Assembly (NCBI GenBank): GCA_020632265.1 | Contig: JACKFW010000001.1 | Coordinates: 919,272-983,271 of the forward strand | Direction of reading: 5' to 3' | Origin: Pseudomonadales bacterium | Lineage (GTDB): Bacteria > Patescibacteriota > Microgenomatia > UBA1400 > PJMF01 | DNA: 64,000 nt | Shown here: one piece after another, positions 22,555 through 33,400 of the stretch | Numbering within the stretch: the first letter of the stretch is position 1 | Layout of the letters: each line of letters starts with the position of its first letter | Position numbers and translations under genes: made by a program | The notes under the pieces: model-generated | Database searches by the model: none | The model's input: the letters and a program-made list of their open reading frames with translations, nothing else | What the model was told of the DNA's origin: nothing

Positions 22555-23610
22555 ATGAATATACATGACATGCTTGATTTATTAATTACTCAAAGTGGAT
22601 CAGATATCCACATTTTGGTAGGTACACCGCCAATGTTGAGAATTCACGGTGAACTTTTGCCAGTTGAAGGAGCACCCATTCTAAACGCTGAGCAAGCAGA
22701 AAGCTTAATTTTTCCAATCATGACTCAGGAACAAAAAGATTATGTTAAGGTTAATAAAGAATTGGATTTTGGTTATCAATTTAAAGATAAAGGTAGATTT
22801 AGAATCAATGCCTACTATTCTCAAGGTAATTTGTCAGCTGCTTTGCGCTTGATTCCAACTGAAATTAAAAGTATTGAGGAGTTAAATTTACCACCGATTC
22901 TGCATGATTTTGCTTCAATTCAACAAGGATTAGTTTTGTTAACTGGTCCAACTGGAGAAGGAAAATCAACTACTTTAGCTGCAATGATTGAAGAGATTAA
23001 TATTCATAGTAGTAAGCATATTGTGACAATCGAAGATCCGGTCGAATTTTTGTACAAACCAAAGAAAAGTATTATTTCACAACGCGAAATCAATCATGAT
23101 ACTCATTCTTGGGGAGTTGCTTTAAAATCTGTGCTTCGTGAAGATCCCGACGTTGTTCTAATCGGTGAAATGCGTGATTATGAAACAATTGCTTCGGCTA
23201 TTACTATTGCCGAAACAGGACATTTGGTATTTGCAACCTTGCACACATCCTCTGCTGCCCAGACAATTGATAGAATTATTGATGTTTTTCCTGCTCATCA
23301 GCAAGGTCAAATACGTCAGCAACTTGCGGCAACAATAAAAGCAATTGTGGCCCAAAGACTATTGCCAGCTACCACAGGTGGGCGTGTTCCAGCACTTGAA
23401 ATTTTAGTTGCGACTGCAGCAATGTCAAATTTGATTAGAGAACAAAAGACACATCAGATTGATAGTGTCATTCAAACATCTGCTGATAAAGGAATGGTTT
23501 TATTTGAAACATTTTTGTTACAATTAGTTCAAAGAGGTTCTATTACCAAAGAAGTTGCGATGTCACATGCCTTTAGACCAGAAGATATGACAAGGCTTTT
23601 AGGGAAATAG
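22555..23610 (+). CDS. pilT: Twitching-motility retraction ATPase PilT
   Basis: SDIHI, Walker A LLTGPTGEGKSTT and TIEDPVEF / GEMRD / ATLHT PilT boxes. 351 aa. Confidence 0.85.
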   Translation: MNIHDMLDLLITQSGSDIHILVGTPPMLRIHGELLPVEGAPILNAEQAESLIFPIMTQEQKDYVKVNKELDFGYQFKDKGRFRINAYYSQGNLSAALRLIPTEIKSIEELNLPPILHDFASIQQGLVLLTGPTGEGKSTTLAAMIEEINIHSSKHIVTIEDPVEFLYKPKKSIISQREINHDTHSWGVALKSVLREDPDVVLIGEMRDYETIASAITIAETGHLVFATLHTSSAAQTIDRIIDVFPAHQQGQIRQQLAATIKAIVAQRLLPATTGGRVPALEILVATAAMSNLIREQKTHQIDSVIQTSADKGMVLFETFLLQLVQRGSITKEVAMSHAFRPEDMTRLLGK

Positions 23611-23632
23611 TATCAACCAATAGAAATAGTAT

Positions 23633-24835
23633 ATGGCATTTTTTAAATACACAGCTAAAAACAAATTTGGTGAGAATATCAAAGGGAAAGTTGAATCACA
23701 AACTATTAGTCAAGCTTCTTCATTACTTGCGTCCAGAGGATTATTGGTAATTAAATTAGAACCATTAACAAAAGATACATTTGCCGCTATTCAAGGCTTG
23801 ATGGGTGGAGTTAAGTTTGATGATGTAGTTAATTTTACACGTCAACTTGCAACAATGATTACTGCTGGTTTGCCATTAGCTGGTGCTTTGAATATTTTGG
23901 TAAGAGATGGGAAAGTAGAAGTCACTAAAATGATGTCGATAATCTTACAAGATGTTGAAGGTGGTCATTCTTTTGCAGACGCATTAAGTAAACATAAAAA
24001 AATCTTTTCTAGATTATATATTCAATTAGTTAAAGCAGGAGAAACTGGTGGTGTACTAGACACGGTTCTTGAACGTTTGGCAGACAACATGGAAAAAGAG
24101 AAAGAGTTTAAGGCCAAAACCAAAGGAGCTCTAATTTACCCAGTAATTGTTATTTTGGCTATGTTTGCAGTTGGCATTATTATGATGATTTTTGTAATTC
24201 CAAAACTAACTGAAATGTATCGAGATTTTGGTTCAGAACTACCATTTTTAACTAGAGGTTTGATTGGAATTTCAGATGCGATGATAAATTACTGGTATAT
24301 TGTTGGAGCATTGATTCTTGGTGGGAGCATGGCTTTTAAAAGTTACAAAAAAACTGCTGCAGGCAGATATAAAATTGATGGCCTAATACTAAAGATTCCC
24401 ATCTTCGGAGAATTAAAGAAAAAAATTATTTTAACTGAATTTTCCCGAACTTTAGCCTTACTTCTAAGTTCTGGAATATCATTGCTTGAAGCAATTGCTA
24501 TAGTTACTGAATCTGTTGAGAATGTAGTTTATCGTACCGCATTAAAAGAAGTAAATGAACAAGTTGAAAAAGGTTCTTCACTTTCAGAATCTTTGAGTCA
24601 TTATGATATGTTCCCTACAATTTTACACCAGATGATGAGCGTTGGTGAGGAAACTGGAAAATTAGATGAGGTTTTGGCTAAGTTATCAGCATATTTTGAA
24701 CAAGAAAGTGAGCATGCTATTAAAAATATGACTACTGCTATTGAACCAATGATTATGATCGTTTTAGGTTTGGGCGTAGGTGCAATGGTTATTGCTATTA
24801 TCATGCCAATTTACAACTTGACGAGTCAATTTTAA
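23633..24835 (+). CDS. pilC: Type IV pilus platform protein PilC (GspF family)
   Basis: Two GspF repeats with 3-4 TM helices. Typical PilC length of 400 aa. Confidence 0.85.
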   Translation: MAFFKYTAKNKFGENIKGKVESQTISQASSLLASRGLLVIKLEPLTKDTFAAIQGLMGGVKFDDVVNFTRQLATMITAGLPLAGALNILVRDGKVEVTKMMSIILQDVEGGHSFADALSKHKKIFSRLYIQLVKAGETGGVLDTVLERLADNMEKEKEFKAKTKGALIYPVIVILAMFAVGIIMMIFVIPKLTEMYRDFGSELPFLTRGLIGISDAMINYWYIVGALILGGSMAFKSYKKTAAGRYKIDGLILKIPIFGELKKKIILTEFSRTLALLLSSGISLLEAIAIVTESVENVVYRTALKEVNEQVEKGSSLSESLSHYDMFPTILHQMMSVGEETGKLDEVLAKLSAYFEQESEHAIKNMTTAIEPMIMIVLGLGVGAMVIAIIMPIYNLTSQF

Positions 24836-24906
24836 TTTTACTATTGCACTTGGTAAGGAAAATGTTGTAAAGTTAATATAAGCATTTAATAAACAAATTA
24901 GTTATT

Positions 24907-24921
24907 GTAATTAAATTACAG
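24907..24921. promoter_or_regulatory. 15-bp perfect palindrome TGTAATTAAATTACA immediately upstream of the major pilin RBS
   Basis: Seen in sequence, 10 nt before aggaaaaaaaatATG. Confidence 0.25.
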
Positions 24922-24931
24922 GAAAAAAAAT

Positions 24932-25579
24932 ATGAAAAAAGCCTTTTTAAAAATTTTTGCCAAAGTTAATAGTATTGGCGGTTTCACTATGATTGAGCTC
25001 CTGATTGTGATTGCAATTTTAGGTATTTTGGCTGTTGCAGTTCTTTCTGCAATCAATCCAATTGAGCAAATAAACAGAGGAAGGGATACTGGATCTAGAT
25101 CTGATGCAGAACAATTGCTCAGCGCAATTGATAGATATAATGCCTTTCAAGGATATTATCCATGGAAAACGGGAGCATCTGATGCAACTGCTCACGTAAT
25201 TGAGTCTGCCTTGACTAGTTGGACTACAGCTGCATCTTTTGTTGATACTGGTGGAACTTGTCCAGTTTCAGAGAAACTTGGTACTGCAACAACTGCTGGT
25301 TGTATTGGTGCTGATGAACTTAAAGACACCTTTTTCAACAGATTATTTGATACTGGATATAATCATTTGAGTATTTATAATTCGGGTACACAAGGTGCTA
25401 GTACTTACGTATGTTTTGTTCCAAAATCAAAAGCATTCATTTCTGAGGCTCAAGCAAGATGCGTCGACGCTATTGGAACTGGTTTGCCATCAGATATTAA
25501 TGCAGCCAATAAAGCAACAATTTGTGCGGGTTGGGCAGATCCAACTCCAGCCAATCCAGTATGGGTGTGTCTTCCATAG
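24932..25579 (+). CDS. Type IV pilin (probable major pilin), class III signal peptide
   Basis: Leader MKKAFLKIFAKVNSIGG | FTMIELLIVIAILGILAV (prepilin cleavage/methylation motif). Cys pairs in the C-terminal domain. Confidence 0.75.
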   Translation: MKKAFLKIFAKVNSIGGFTMIELLIVIAILGILAVAVLSAINPIEQINRGRDTGSRSDAEQLLSAIDRYNAFQGYYPWKTGASDATAHVIESALTSWTTAASFVDTGGTCPVSEKLGTATTAGCIGADELKDTFFNRLFDTGYNHLSIYNSGTQGASTYVCFVPKSKAFISEAQARCVDAIGTGLPSDINAANKATICAGWADPTPANPVWVCLP

Positions 25580-25605
25580 TTGCTTAATAACAAAGATTGT
25601 TATTT

Positions 25606-25633
25606 AAACCCTGCTTTTACAAGCGGGGTTTTT
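25606..25633 (+). terminator. Rho-independent terminator after the pilin gene
   Basis: aaaccctgc-ttttacaa-gcgggg followed by ttttt. Confidence 0.5.
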
Positions 25634-25778
25634 GGATCATTTTACATTCTTGAAAAAGCCCCATTATTAAAGAATGAGTAGCGAGTTCTCTTTGATAAAT
25701 TTTTCCCCTACCCTAATAATCAATGATGGGCTATGTTAAACTTAAATACATTTAAAATTCTATGTCCAACATAAAACT

Positions 25779-26597
25779 ATGATTACTATATCTTTTCTAC
25801 TTGTGACCACTTTTTTGTTTGTGTTCGGCACGGTTTTAGGGAGTTTTTTGAGTGTAGTTATTTTGCGTTCAATATCTGGTGAAACTTGGGTTAAGGGTAG
25901 ATCGAGGTGCGATAGTTGTAAAAATGTAATATCTTGGTATGACAATATCCCTTTACTCTCTTTTCTAATTCTCAGAGGGAAATGCAGACATTGTCAGAAA
26001 CCAATTCTTCCTTTGCATCCAATGGTCGAAGTTTTGACTGGACTTTTATTTATGTGGTGGTATTGGGGAGGCTTCATTTTTTTCAAACTTACTCAGACAC
26101 CTTTTAGTATTATGCAACCTATCTTTTGGTTAGCCGTAGGTCTTATTCTGATATATATTTTTATTATTGATCTTAATTACATGATAATTCCTGATAAGGC
26201 AGTGATTACTTTGGGAGGATTAGCAATAATCTATCGTCTATCCTTGGTGGCTTTTGGAATTATGCAATTTAATGATTTAGTAACGACAATTCTTGCCGCT
26301 CTAATTACTTCTGGATTATTTTTTGCTCTTTGGTTTTTTACTGGAGGGAATGGTATGGGTTTTGGAGACGTGAAGTTGTCAATTCCATTAGCATTATTGC
26401 TTGGTGCTCAAAAAACAATTGTTGGGATGTTTTTGGCTTTTGTAATTGGCGCAGTTGTAGGTTTGATCTTAATGATCTTTGGAAAAAGTAAAATGAAATC
26501 AGCAATTCCTTTCGGTCCTTTTTTAATTATTGCTACGGTAATTAGTCTTCTATGGGGAGATTTAATATATTTCTGGTATTGGTCCCTAATTTCTTAA
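25779..26597 (+). CDS. pilD: Prepilin peptidase (A24 family) PilD
   Basis: N-terminal zinc-ribbon CDSC...CRHC, DNIPLLSF and a multi-TM peptidase core with conserved Asp (GFGDVKL). Confidence 0.8.
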   Translation: MITISFLLVTTFLFVFGTVLGSFLSVVILRSISGETWVKGRSRCDSCKNVISWYDNIPLLSFLILRGKCRHCQKPILPLHPMVEVLTGLLFMWWYWGGFIFFKLTQTPFSIMQPIFWLAVGLILIYIFIIDLNYMIIPDKAVITLGGLAIIYRLSLVAFGIMQFNDLVTTILAALITSGLFFALWFFTGGNGMGFGDVKLSIPLALLLGAQKTIVGMFLAFVIGAVVGLILMIFGKSKMKSAIPFGPFLIIATVISLLWGDLIYFWYWSLIS

Positions 26598-26674
26598 TTT
26601 TTAGCTTGTTAATCATTTGTTTCTATTTCTGAAATATGCTTTAATAGTACTAGAGAGATTCTAGATATTTTTTT

Positions 26675-27634
26675 ATGCGTATTTTAAAACTAATTTTTAG
26701 TGCAACAATTTTTTTTATTGTTCTTATTGTTATTAGTTTTTTTGTGTCACGTGAAGTTTTACTTTATTGGGGTAGCTCAAAAATAAAAAGTTCTCTTAGG
26801 ACTCTTTCTCAGGCTAAAATTAGAGGTTCATTTCAATCTCAATGTTTACAATTAGGAAGTACAGAGGCCGGTGGTGAAGATTTAGTGACATATCAACTTC
26901 GATTTTTATCATCAAAAGATTTTTTGCTGGAAGCAATTTGTAATCAGTTTTCTTTTGATCCAATCTTGATTGAAAAAATTTCATTACCTCAATTTGTCAC
27001 AAAAGTTCCAGGAAGTTCTGGTTTTCTTATTAATCAAAGCCAGAGCGGGATTGAAATTCAGGTTTTTGCAGATGAAATAAATAAAATTTCTGCAGGACTA
27101 AAGGTTGATTTGTCTTCTTTGATAAAAACTCGTGCTTTGGTGGCAGAAAATGGAATGATCGTTCTGGATAGTAAAAATGGATTTATCGGTGGCGGTCCAA
27201 TCACTAGTTGTAATGGATATGGATATTATTGCTGTCAAGAAGTTTCCCAATTAGGAGTTGGAGATAAAATTACCGGTTTAGTAGATTGTGAAAAATCATG
27301 TTACTCTTCATGTACACAAAGACCAATAATATTATCATTCAATACAAATCCACTTTTTGACCCAAATTATAGAATTGTAAATATCAATAGTGGAGAAACC
27401 ATTGAATTTACCTATGTTGCAGATGCTGGCAAAGAAACCACAGTTGGTGGAGTTTTAGATTTTGGAGATGGAAAAAAATTACCAGTAACTGGACTTGCTG
27501 GTCAATCTTCTCACACCTATACTTGCAATAGGACTCAATGCGAATATTTAGTTCAGCTGACTCTTGAAGATAATTGGGGAGTTGAATCTTCAGAAACAAA
27601 TATTAGCAAAATAAATGTTGTGGTAAATAATTAA
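26675..27634 (+). CDS. Cys-rich secreted/anchored hypothetical protein within the pilus operon
   Basis: N-terminal TM helix, then a region with CNGYGYYCCQE...CEKSCYSSC and a C-terminal beta-rich (PKD-like?) segment. No confident family assignment. Confidence 0.35.
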   Translation: MRILKLIFSATIFFIVLIVISFFVSREVLLYWGSSKIKSSLRTLSQAKIRGSFQSQCLQLGSTEAGGEDLVTYQLRFLSSKDFLLEAICNQFSFDPILIEKISLPQFVTKVPGSSGFLINQSQSGIEIQVFADEINKISAGLKVDLSSLIKTRALVAENGMIVLDSKNGFIGGGPITSCNGYGYYCCQEVSQLGVGDKITGLVDCEKSCYSSCTQRPIILSFNTNPLFDPNYRIVNINSGETIEFTYVADAGKETTVGGVLDFGDGKKLPVTGLAGQSSHTYTCNRTQCEYLVQLTLEDNWGVESSETNISKINVVVNN

Positions 27635-27714
27635 TAATTATTCTAGCTTAGAATATAATAGCTTAGAAAAATGCAATAGATTAACGCATACCTAATCTAA
27701 AGAAAGAAAGAAAT

Positions 27715-28137
27715 ATGAATAATCTTAGGCGCAATAAAATAATGGGTTTTACATTACTTGAAATATTAGTAGTGATTTCTATTATTGGAATACTGATTGC
27801 TATTGGATCAGCGGCATTTAGTACTGCTCAGAAAAAAGGCAGGGACGCAAGAAGAAGAGCTGATATGAAACAATATCAAAGTGCTTATGAGCAATATTAT
27901 TCTGTTAACAGTGCATATAGTGCAAACTGTGCCACAATGGACATAAATTTTTCTGGAGGTGCATCCGCAGCTCCTAGTGATCCTAAAAATAGTGGTTCAT
28001 ATGTTTATACTAAAACTTGCACTGCGAGTACATATTGCGTATGTGCCTTATTAGATAATGCAGGTAGTGGTACATATACGGATTCTGGTTGTACTGTCGG
28101 CACAGGAGATTACTTTTGTGTGCAAAACTTACAATAA
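27715..28137 (+). CDS. Prepilin-type (GspG-like) pilin/pseudopilin
   Basis: MG|FTLLEILVVISIIGIL...GRDARRRADM (GspG-like), Cys-rich C-terminus. Confidence 0.7.
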   Translation: MNNLRRNKIMGFTLLEILVVISIIGILIAIGSAAFSTAQKKGRDARRRADMKQYQSAYEQYYSVNSAYSANCATMDINFSGGASAAPSDPKNSGSYVYTKTCTASTYCVCALLDNAGSGTYTDSGCTVGTGDYFCVQNLQ

Positions 28138-28170
28138 ATTAATGAATTATTAAAAGATAATGAGGTATTT

Positions 28171-28638
28171 ATGAAGAATTTATTAAGACAAGTCACTAAT
28201 TTGAGAAATAATTTTCATAATAATTTTCATAATAATTATGGTTTTACTTTAATTGAGCTTTTAGTTGTTACAACAATTATTGTTATTTTATCTGCAATTG
28301 GTATGGTGAGTTTTACAAATGCAGGTATGGGGGCAAGAGATGCTAAACGAAAATCAGATCTTGAAACGGTTAGACAGGCAATTGTTTTGTATAGAAGCGA
28401 TGGTAACGGATATCCAACAGCAACAGATTACACTGCTCTAGTGAGTTTGTTATCTAGCGGAACTCCAAAATATTTGAGTTTGCCAACTCCTACTGATCCA
28501 AAACCACCTGCGGCTTATTTTTATAAGGTTGGATCTGGCACCTTTTGTCTTTGTGCGGGAATGGAAAAGGCTTCTAATGCCAATGCTAATGGTTGTATTT
28601 CTCCCAATACCAATGCATATTGTGTAACAAATCCTTAA
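28171..28638 (+). CDS. Prepilin-type (GspG-like) pilin with Asn/His-repeat leader
   Basis: Leader ...NNFHNNFHNNYG|FTLIELLVVTTIIVIL...GARDAKRKSDLE. Confidence 0.7.
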   Translation: MKNLLRQVTNLRNNFHNNFHNNYGFTLIELLVVTTIIVILSAIGMVSFTNAGMGARDAKRKSDLETVRQAIVLYRSDGNGYPTATDYTALVSLLSSGTPKYLSLPTPTDPKPPAAYFYKVGSGTFCLCAGMEKASNANANGCISPNTNAYCVTNP

Positions 28639-28658
28639 AAAGTTTTAAAAACAATTAT

Positions 28659-29216
28659 ATGACTCTGCCCTACTCAAATTTTTTAAGATCGAATTCCCAA
28701 AAATATAAAATTCTTGGTTTTACCTTAGTTGAAATGATAGTGACCATAGCTATTATGCTAGTAGTAACTGGAGGAGGAATTGCGGCTTTTATTAACTTCA
28801 ACGATAAACAAAATGTTCAAGTAGCCGTTAAAGATTTACAGACTTTATTAAGATCGGCACAAACAAAAGCTCGGGTTGGTGAAGATGCACAACTTTGTAA
28901 TACAGTTTACAATAATTCACTTAGAGGATATAGGGTTTTTATCGGCGAAGGAACAAATACAGCAATTTTATCCACTTCTTGTGCATCAGATAAGTTTGAT
29001 CCAGCTGATAATAGAAATTATGTTGAAAGAAGCAGAATTACTTTTGATAGTAGTGTTACTGCGAAGATGTTGGGAGATGGTGATGTAAACATTGAATTTT
29101 TATCATTGTTGGGTGGTACTGATGGAACTGGAACAGTTGTGATTTCTGGTTTAACAGATGTTTATCAATTTGAAGTTAGTCAGAGCGGTGAAATTACAGA
29201 GGGACAATTTCAATAA
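28659..29216 (+). CDS. Prepilin-type minor pilin (start re-called at ATG 28659)
   Basis: MTLPYSNFLRSNSQKYKILG|FTLVEMIVTIAIMLV. The track ORF start at 28593 overlaps the previous gene, so I prefer the first ATG after it. Confidence 0.6.
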   Translation: MTLPYSNFLRSNSQKYKILGFTLVEMIVTIAIMLVVTGGGIAAFINFNDKQNVQVAVKDLQTLLRSAQTKARVGEDAQLCNTVYNNSLRGYRVFIGEGTNTAILSTSCASDKFDPADNRNYVERSRITFDSSVTAKMLGDGDVNIEFLSLLGGTDGTGTVVISGLTDVYQFEVSQSGEITEGQFQ

Positions 29217-29233
29217 TCGAATAATTATTTGAT

Positions 29234-29863
29234 TTGTTATTAATTAATCGGAAATTTGTAAAACAAATGATCAAAGAATCGACATTAACTAGATTGATTA
29301 AATATATTAAAATAAATAAATTTGTTGGATTTAGTTACAAAAGATTTAGAAAAAGTTGCTCGAATAACAGTGGCTTAAATAACAGTGGCTCGAATAACAT
29401 TTGCTTGAATAACAGTGGCTCGACAATTATTGAATTGCTAATTTCATTGATGATTGTCGGTTTGATAGTTACAGCGATTGCAGTAGCAGGAACATACTCA
29501 GTTAAGAACACTGGAGAGGCTCGTTTTAAACAAGTTGCCACAAATCTTGCCCAAGAAGTAATTGAGAAGTCTAGAACCGAAAAAGATCGCTTAGGCTTTC
29601 TTAACTTTAATAATGCTGTTGGAGAAAAAACATATTGTTTTAATTCAATTCCCAATGACTATAATGTTTTGCCAAACCCTGGTTCTTGTGTGATAGGTGA
29701 TGTTGTGACTGTTGCGGGAGCTGATTTTACCAGAGAAGTGATTTTTAGTTTTAAAGATGTGCTTACTACTGAAATTGAAGTAAATGTTTATTGGAGTGAT
29801 GCTGACAATACTCGATCGGTTCAACTTATTCAACAATTGACAAAACCATATCAGGGATCATAA
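29234..29863 (+). CDS. Prepilin-like protein with long NNSG-repeat leader (start uncertain)
   Basis: ...NNSGLNNSGSNNICLNNSG|STIIELLISLMIVGLIV, a class III signal-like motif preceded by 15-bp DNA repeats (aataacagtggct). Confidence 0.45.
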   Translation: MLLINRKFVKQMIKESTLTRLIKYIKINKFVGFSYKRFRKSCSNNSGLNNSGSNNICLNNSGSTIIELLISLMIVGLIVTAIAVAGTYSVKNTGEARFKQVATNLAQEVIEKSRTEKDRLGFLNFNNAVGEKTYCFNSIPNDYNVLPNPGSCVIGDVVTVAGADFTREVIFSFKDVLTTEIEVNVYWSDADNTRSVQLIQQLTKPYQGS

Positions 29864-29867
29864 AATT

Positions 29868-30389
29868 TTAATTTCTCAAATTTACAATAGAATTAAAATG
29901 TTCTGTAACGGTTCCATCAGGAGTGATTTTTTGTAGTTCAAAATCAATTCCGATTTGTCTGTTGCCCACAGGTCCATTACAATCAAATTTCGGGTCACTT
30001 GAAATAGTGACGGCTCCAGAAGTAAGGGCACTACTGTTGGAGGCAATTTTTTCATAATTATCTACATCCGTAATTTTTGCAAACGTGGTAGTTCCATTAT
30101 CTGCAGAAATTATGGCAATACTGGTCATTCCTGAGGTGCAAGGAGTTATATTTTCGTCTACATATAAAGCATTTTTTAACAAAAACTCAATTTGACTAAG
30201 CGCATGGATGCCTTCTTCCTTGACTGTCTTTTTTGTATTAGTTTTGGAACTTCCAAGTAAAAAGGTCATAAAAAGTGATGAGATACCAAGCATTAATAAA
30301 GTAATTAAAGACATAGAAATAACAAGTTCTATAAGAGTAAAACCTTTGTTTTTTGAAGAACTGATATATTTTAAGGGATAGCTGATCAT
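29868..30389 (-). CDS. Prepilin-type pilin (minus strand, convergent with the plus-strand pilin block)
   Basis: MISYPLKYISSSKNKG|FTLIELVISMSLITLLMLGI. Confidence 0.65.
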   Translation of the reverse strand: MISYPLKYISSSKNKGFTLIELVISMSLITLLMLGISSLFMTFLLGSSKTNTKKTVKEEGIHALSQIEFLLKNALYVDENITPCTSGMTSIAIISADNGTTTFAKITDVDNYEKIASNSSALTSGAVTISSDPKFDCNGPVGNRQIGIDFELQKITPDGTVTEHFNSIVNLRN

Positions 30390-30411
30390 AGTTGCTTTCG
30401 TTAATTTTTTG

Positions 30412-33400
30412 CTAATTAACTTCTTGCCATACTATACTTGGTTTCATCATAATAGTCGGAACATTGATATTAAAATCAGGTCTAAATATAAACGTTTCAA
30501 TAGGATTTAAATTATTTAATTGTTTATCAGTGATATCATTGGTGTTTTCATAGTCTCTAGTAAGATTTATACCTGACCAGCCTACAAACGTACCAGCCCC
30601 AACAAATTTATTGTCTTTTAAAGTATCATCATTTATGGGGTCATCGCTATAGCCTTTGACATTAATAGAACCATCTGCAACAAACACACCTTCGACGTTT
30701 GTATCTAGGTTTGTTTCGTTTGTGTTTCCTATGTTGGCATCAAAATTAATATCACCACTAACTATAAAGGCGATAAATCCACCCGGTTCAACAGTTAACA
30801 TTCTTGTATCTTGATTTGAAGTGAGGGATAAGTTTCCATTTACAAAGATAACAATATTTCTAGAACTAACGACATTTTGTGTTGTAGAGAAATCAATGGA
30901 TAAGTCGCTATTACTGTAATATATTTCTGTGTCGGATTCAGCTCCGGGATCGGAAGGAATACTGTTTATAGTTCCAGAAATAGCAGTTGCTGCTCCCAGA
31001 TCAACTTCACTTGCAAAGAAATTGTAGTTTTCTTTGATTAGGTTTTCATGAGTGGTATTTTCAGCCTTTGGGTCGTTTGCACCTCTTTCTGAATTGTATC
31101 CATTAGTAGAAACTGCGTTTCCTGACATTGGAATTCCAGCAGAATTTGTGTCTGAGTCTAGGTTCATGGTAACTGCATCTGGTTTGCAGATTGCCGTATT
31201 GTTGACATCATAACAGGTTTGGGGAATGTTGGTAATAAAACTATCCGCTCCATAAGCATTTCCTCCTACAACTTGCCACCAAGGTCCATTGGAAAGATTG
31301 ACTGTTGTGACATAAAAATGCTCATTTAGATTTGGAGAAATTGAGTCAGTGTGAGTGCATATTAAAGGATTGTTTCCAACCGGACAACTACAAATTAGAA
31401 TGTTAGCTGGATTAGCACTATTGTCTATTTCAAGAGAAGTAGTAAATCCATAATCGTTCCATTGTGATGACGGAGCATATGGGACATTTAACCTTGTATA
31501 GCTATCAGTGAGAGTCGTAGCTTGATCGCCAATACTGCCATAGACTGAAGATCCCGGATAGTTTGAAAAATCTATGGGATCTGTATCATCACCAAGGCAA
31601 TTACCACCAATCAGACTTGGAGATGGATCAATGTAAAAATTACCTCTAACTTGTGCAACAAGTGTATATCCAGATTTATCAGACCATGGGCCAGAAGCTG
31701 GTGTACAAGGGATAGCATTTACTGCACTAACTGCAACATACAGGTCATTATCATAAATATGGCTTGGAGTTGTAATGGTGTAGGTTTCAACTTTGTTTGC
31801 TGTTTGGTAATTAAAACAGTCTGATGAAGTATTACATGGATCAGGACGGTTTGGTCCTCTATCTTTATCCCATACGTTGATTTGGTAATAGTCGATTGTC
31901 GAGTTAGGATCAGGTGTTCCTGGATCATCCCAAGTAACAGTTAGATTATCATCTAAAGTTAAATCCAGATTACTGTTTGGATCTTGACCATTAATTCTAA
32001 CATTGGTTACTTGGTTTGGAGTTGCACCTGTATCTCCACACTCAGTTCCTCCACAAGAAGGTGTACAGGCTACAATTGATTGTGTACTACCACATGCGTC
32101 TATATAAGTAACTCCTAGTTCACCACAGTTAGAGGGATTTCCTGATGTGAGATTACCTTGGATATCAGAAACATTTACAATTACATAATAATCTCCCTCA
32201 GACATTCCAGAGGTGTCCCATAATATTTGGTAAAAGTCTGTATTAGAAATTCTTGTTCCTGCGCCCAATTCTGTCCAGTTAGCAGGATCACATGGGTCGT
32301 ATGTTGCAGGCATATAATAGAATTTAACTGTATCTTCATCTACCCCCGCTGTATTGGTTTTGAATAATTTCACTGAGTCGTAATATACCGGCGAGTCGTC
32401 TTGAGGAGGTCTTAGAACAACTCGAATTCTAGTAGTATGTGATCCGTTGTTAGGATTTGGGAACGTTAAATTATATTTAAACCTTGTCCAGCTATCAGGA
32501 TAGAATATTGGATCTATTATAAATACTCCGGTGTCTGTCCAGTCGCCAAGATAGGGATATCTTTGTATAAGAATATATTGCACAAGTTTTGGATACTGAT
32601 GAGATTTTCCTAAAAATGTGAGGGTATATTCTTGATCTGTTAGGTTTTCCCCGGTTTGCATCCATCCTGTTGCCACATGGGGATCTGAATTATTTGCTCT
32701 TGAAAGTTTTGCATAGAAGATACCATCAATTCCGGGAGAAGAAAAAGCACCACTATTCACTGCATACCATTCGTTAATGTTATTAAGTGTTGGCCAATAT
32801 GAAACTGTGCCACTCTCAAAGCTATGGTCGGGAAGAATATTTATGCCATCATCAGTGATCTCTGCTATATATTGTGCTATTCCTCCAGTATTGACAGTTG
32901 GAGATGTAACTTGGAAGCTAGGACATTGAGGAGCTTCATCCTCTGCTGTTGCTACAACTGTAATATTTACAGTAGAAGAACATCTCGAACTACCACCCAT
33001 ATAACCATTAGCAGTTATAGTTGTGGTGCCGGGATAGTCACCGGTAACTAAAGTGGTGTAAGGACTTGAATCATCAAAATCTGGAGAAACAGTTGCTATA
33101 CTGCTATTTAAGCTCGAAAAAGTTACATGACTTATACTTCCATTTTGAACGTTCGATGTAATTGCATTTAGTTCAACGGTGTATCCGGTAGCAACTTGTG
33201 ATGAAGTAACGGGTGTTAGAGAAATATTGCAACTGGGATCAGCTGTTGGTGTGGCCGTTGGTGTGGGCTCGGAATTACAAGCATCGCAATTAGTAGCACA
33301 GGTTCCTTGAGCTACTTGTCCTAAGTTTTGACAAAAGCCACCGTTGGGTTGAGAACAGGAATAACACCATTCCATCCCAGGGGAAGCAGTAGGCGTTGGA

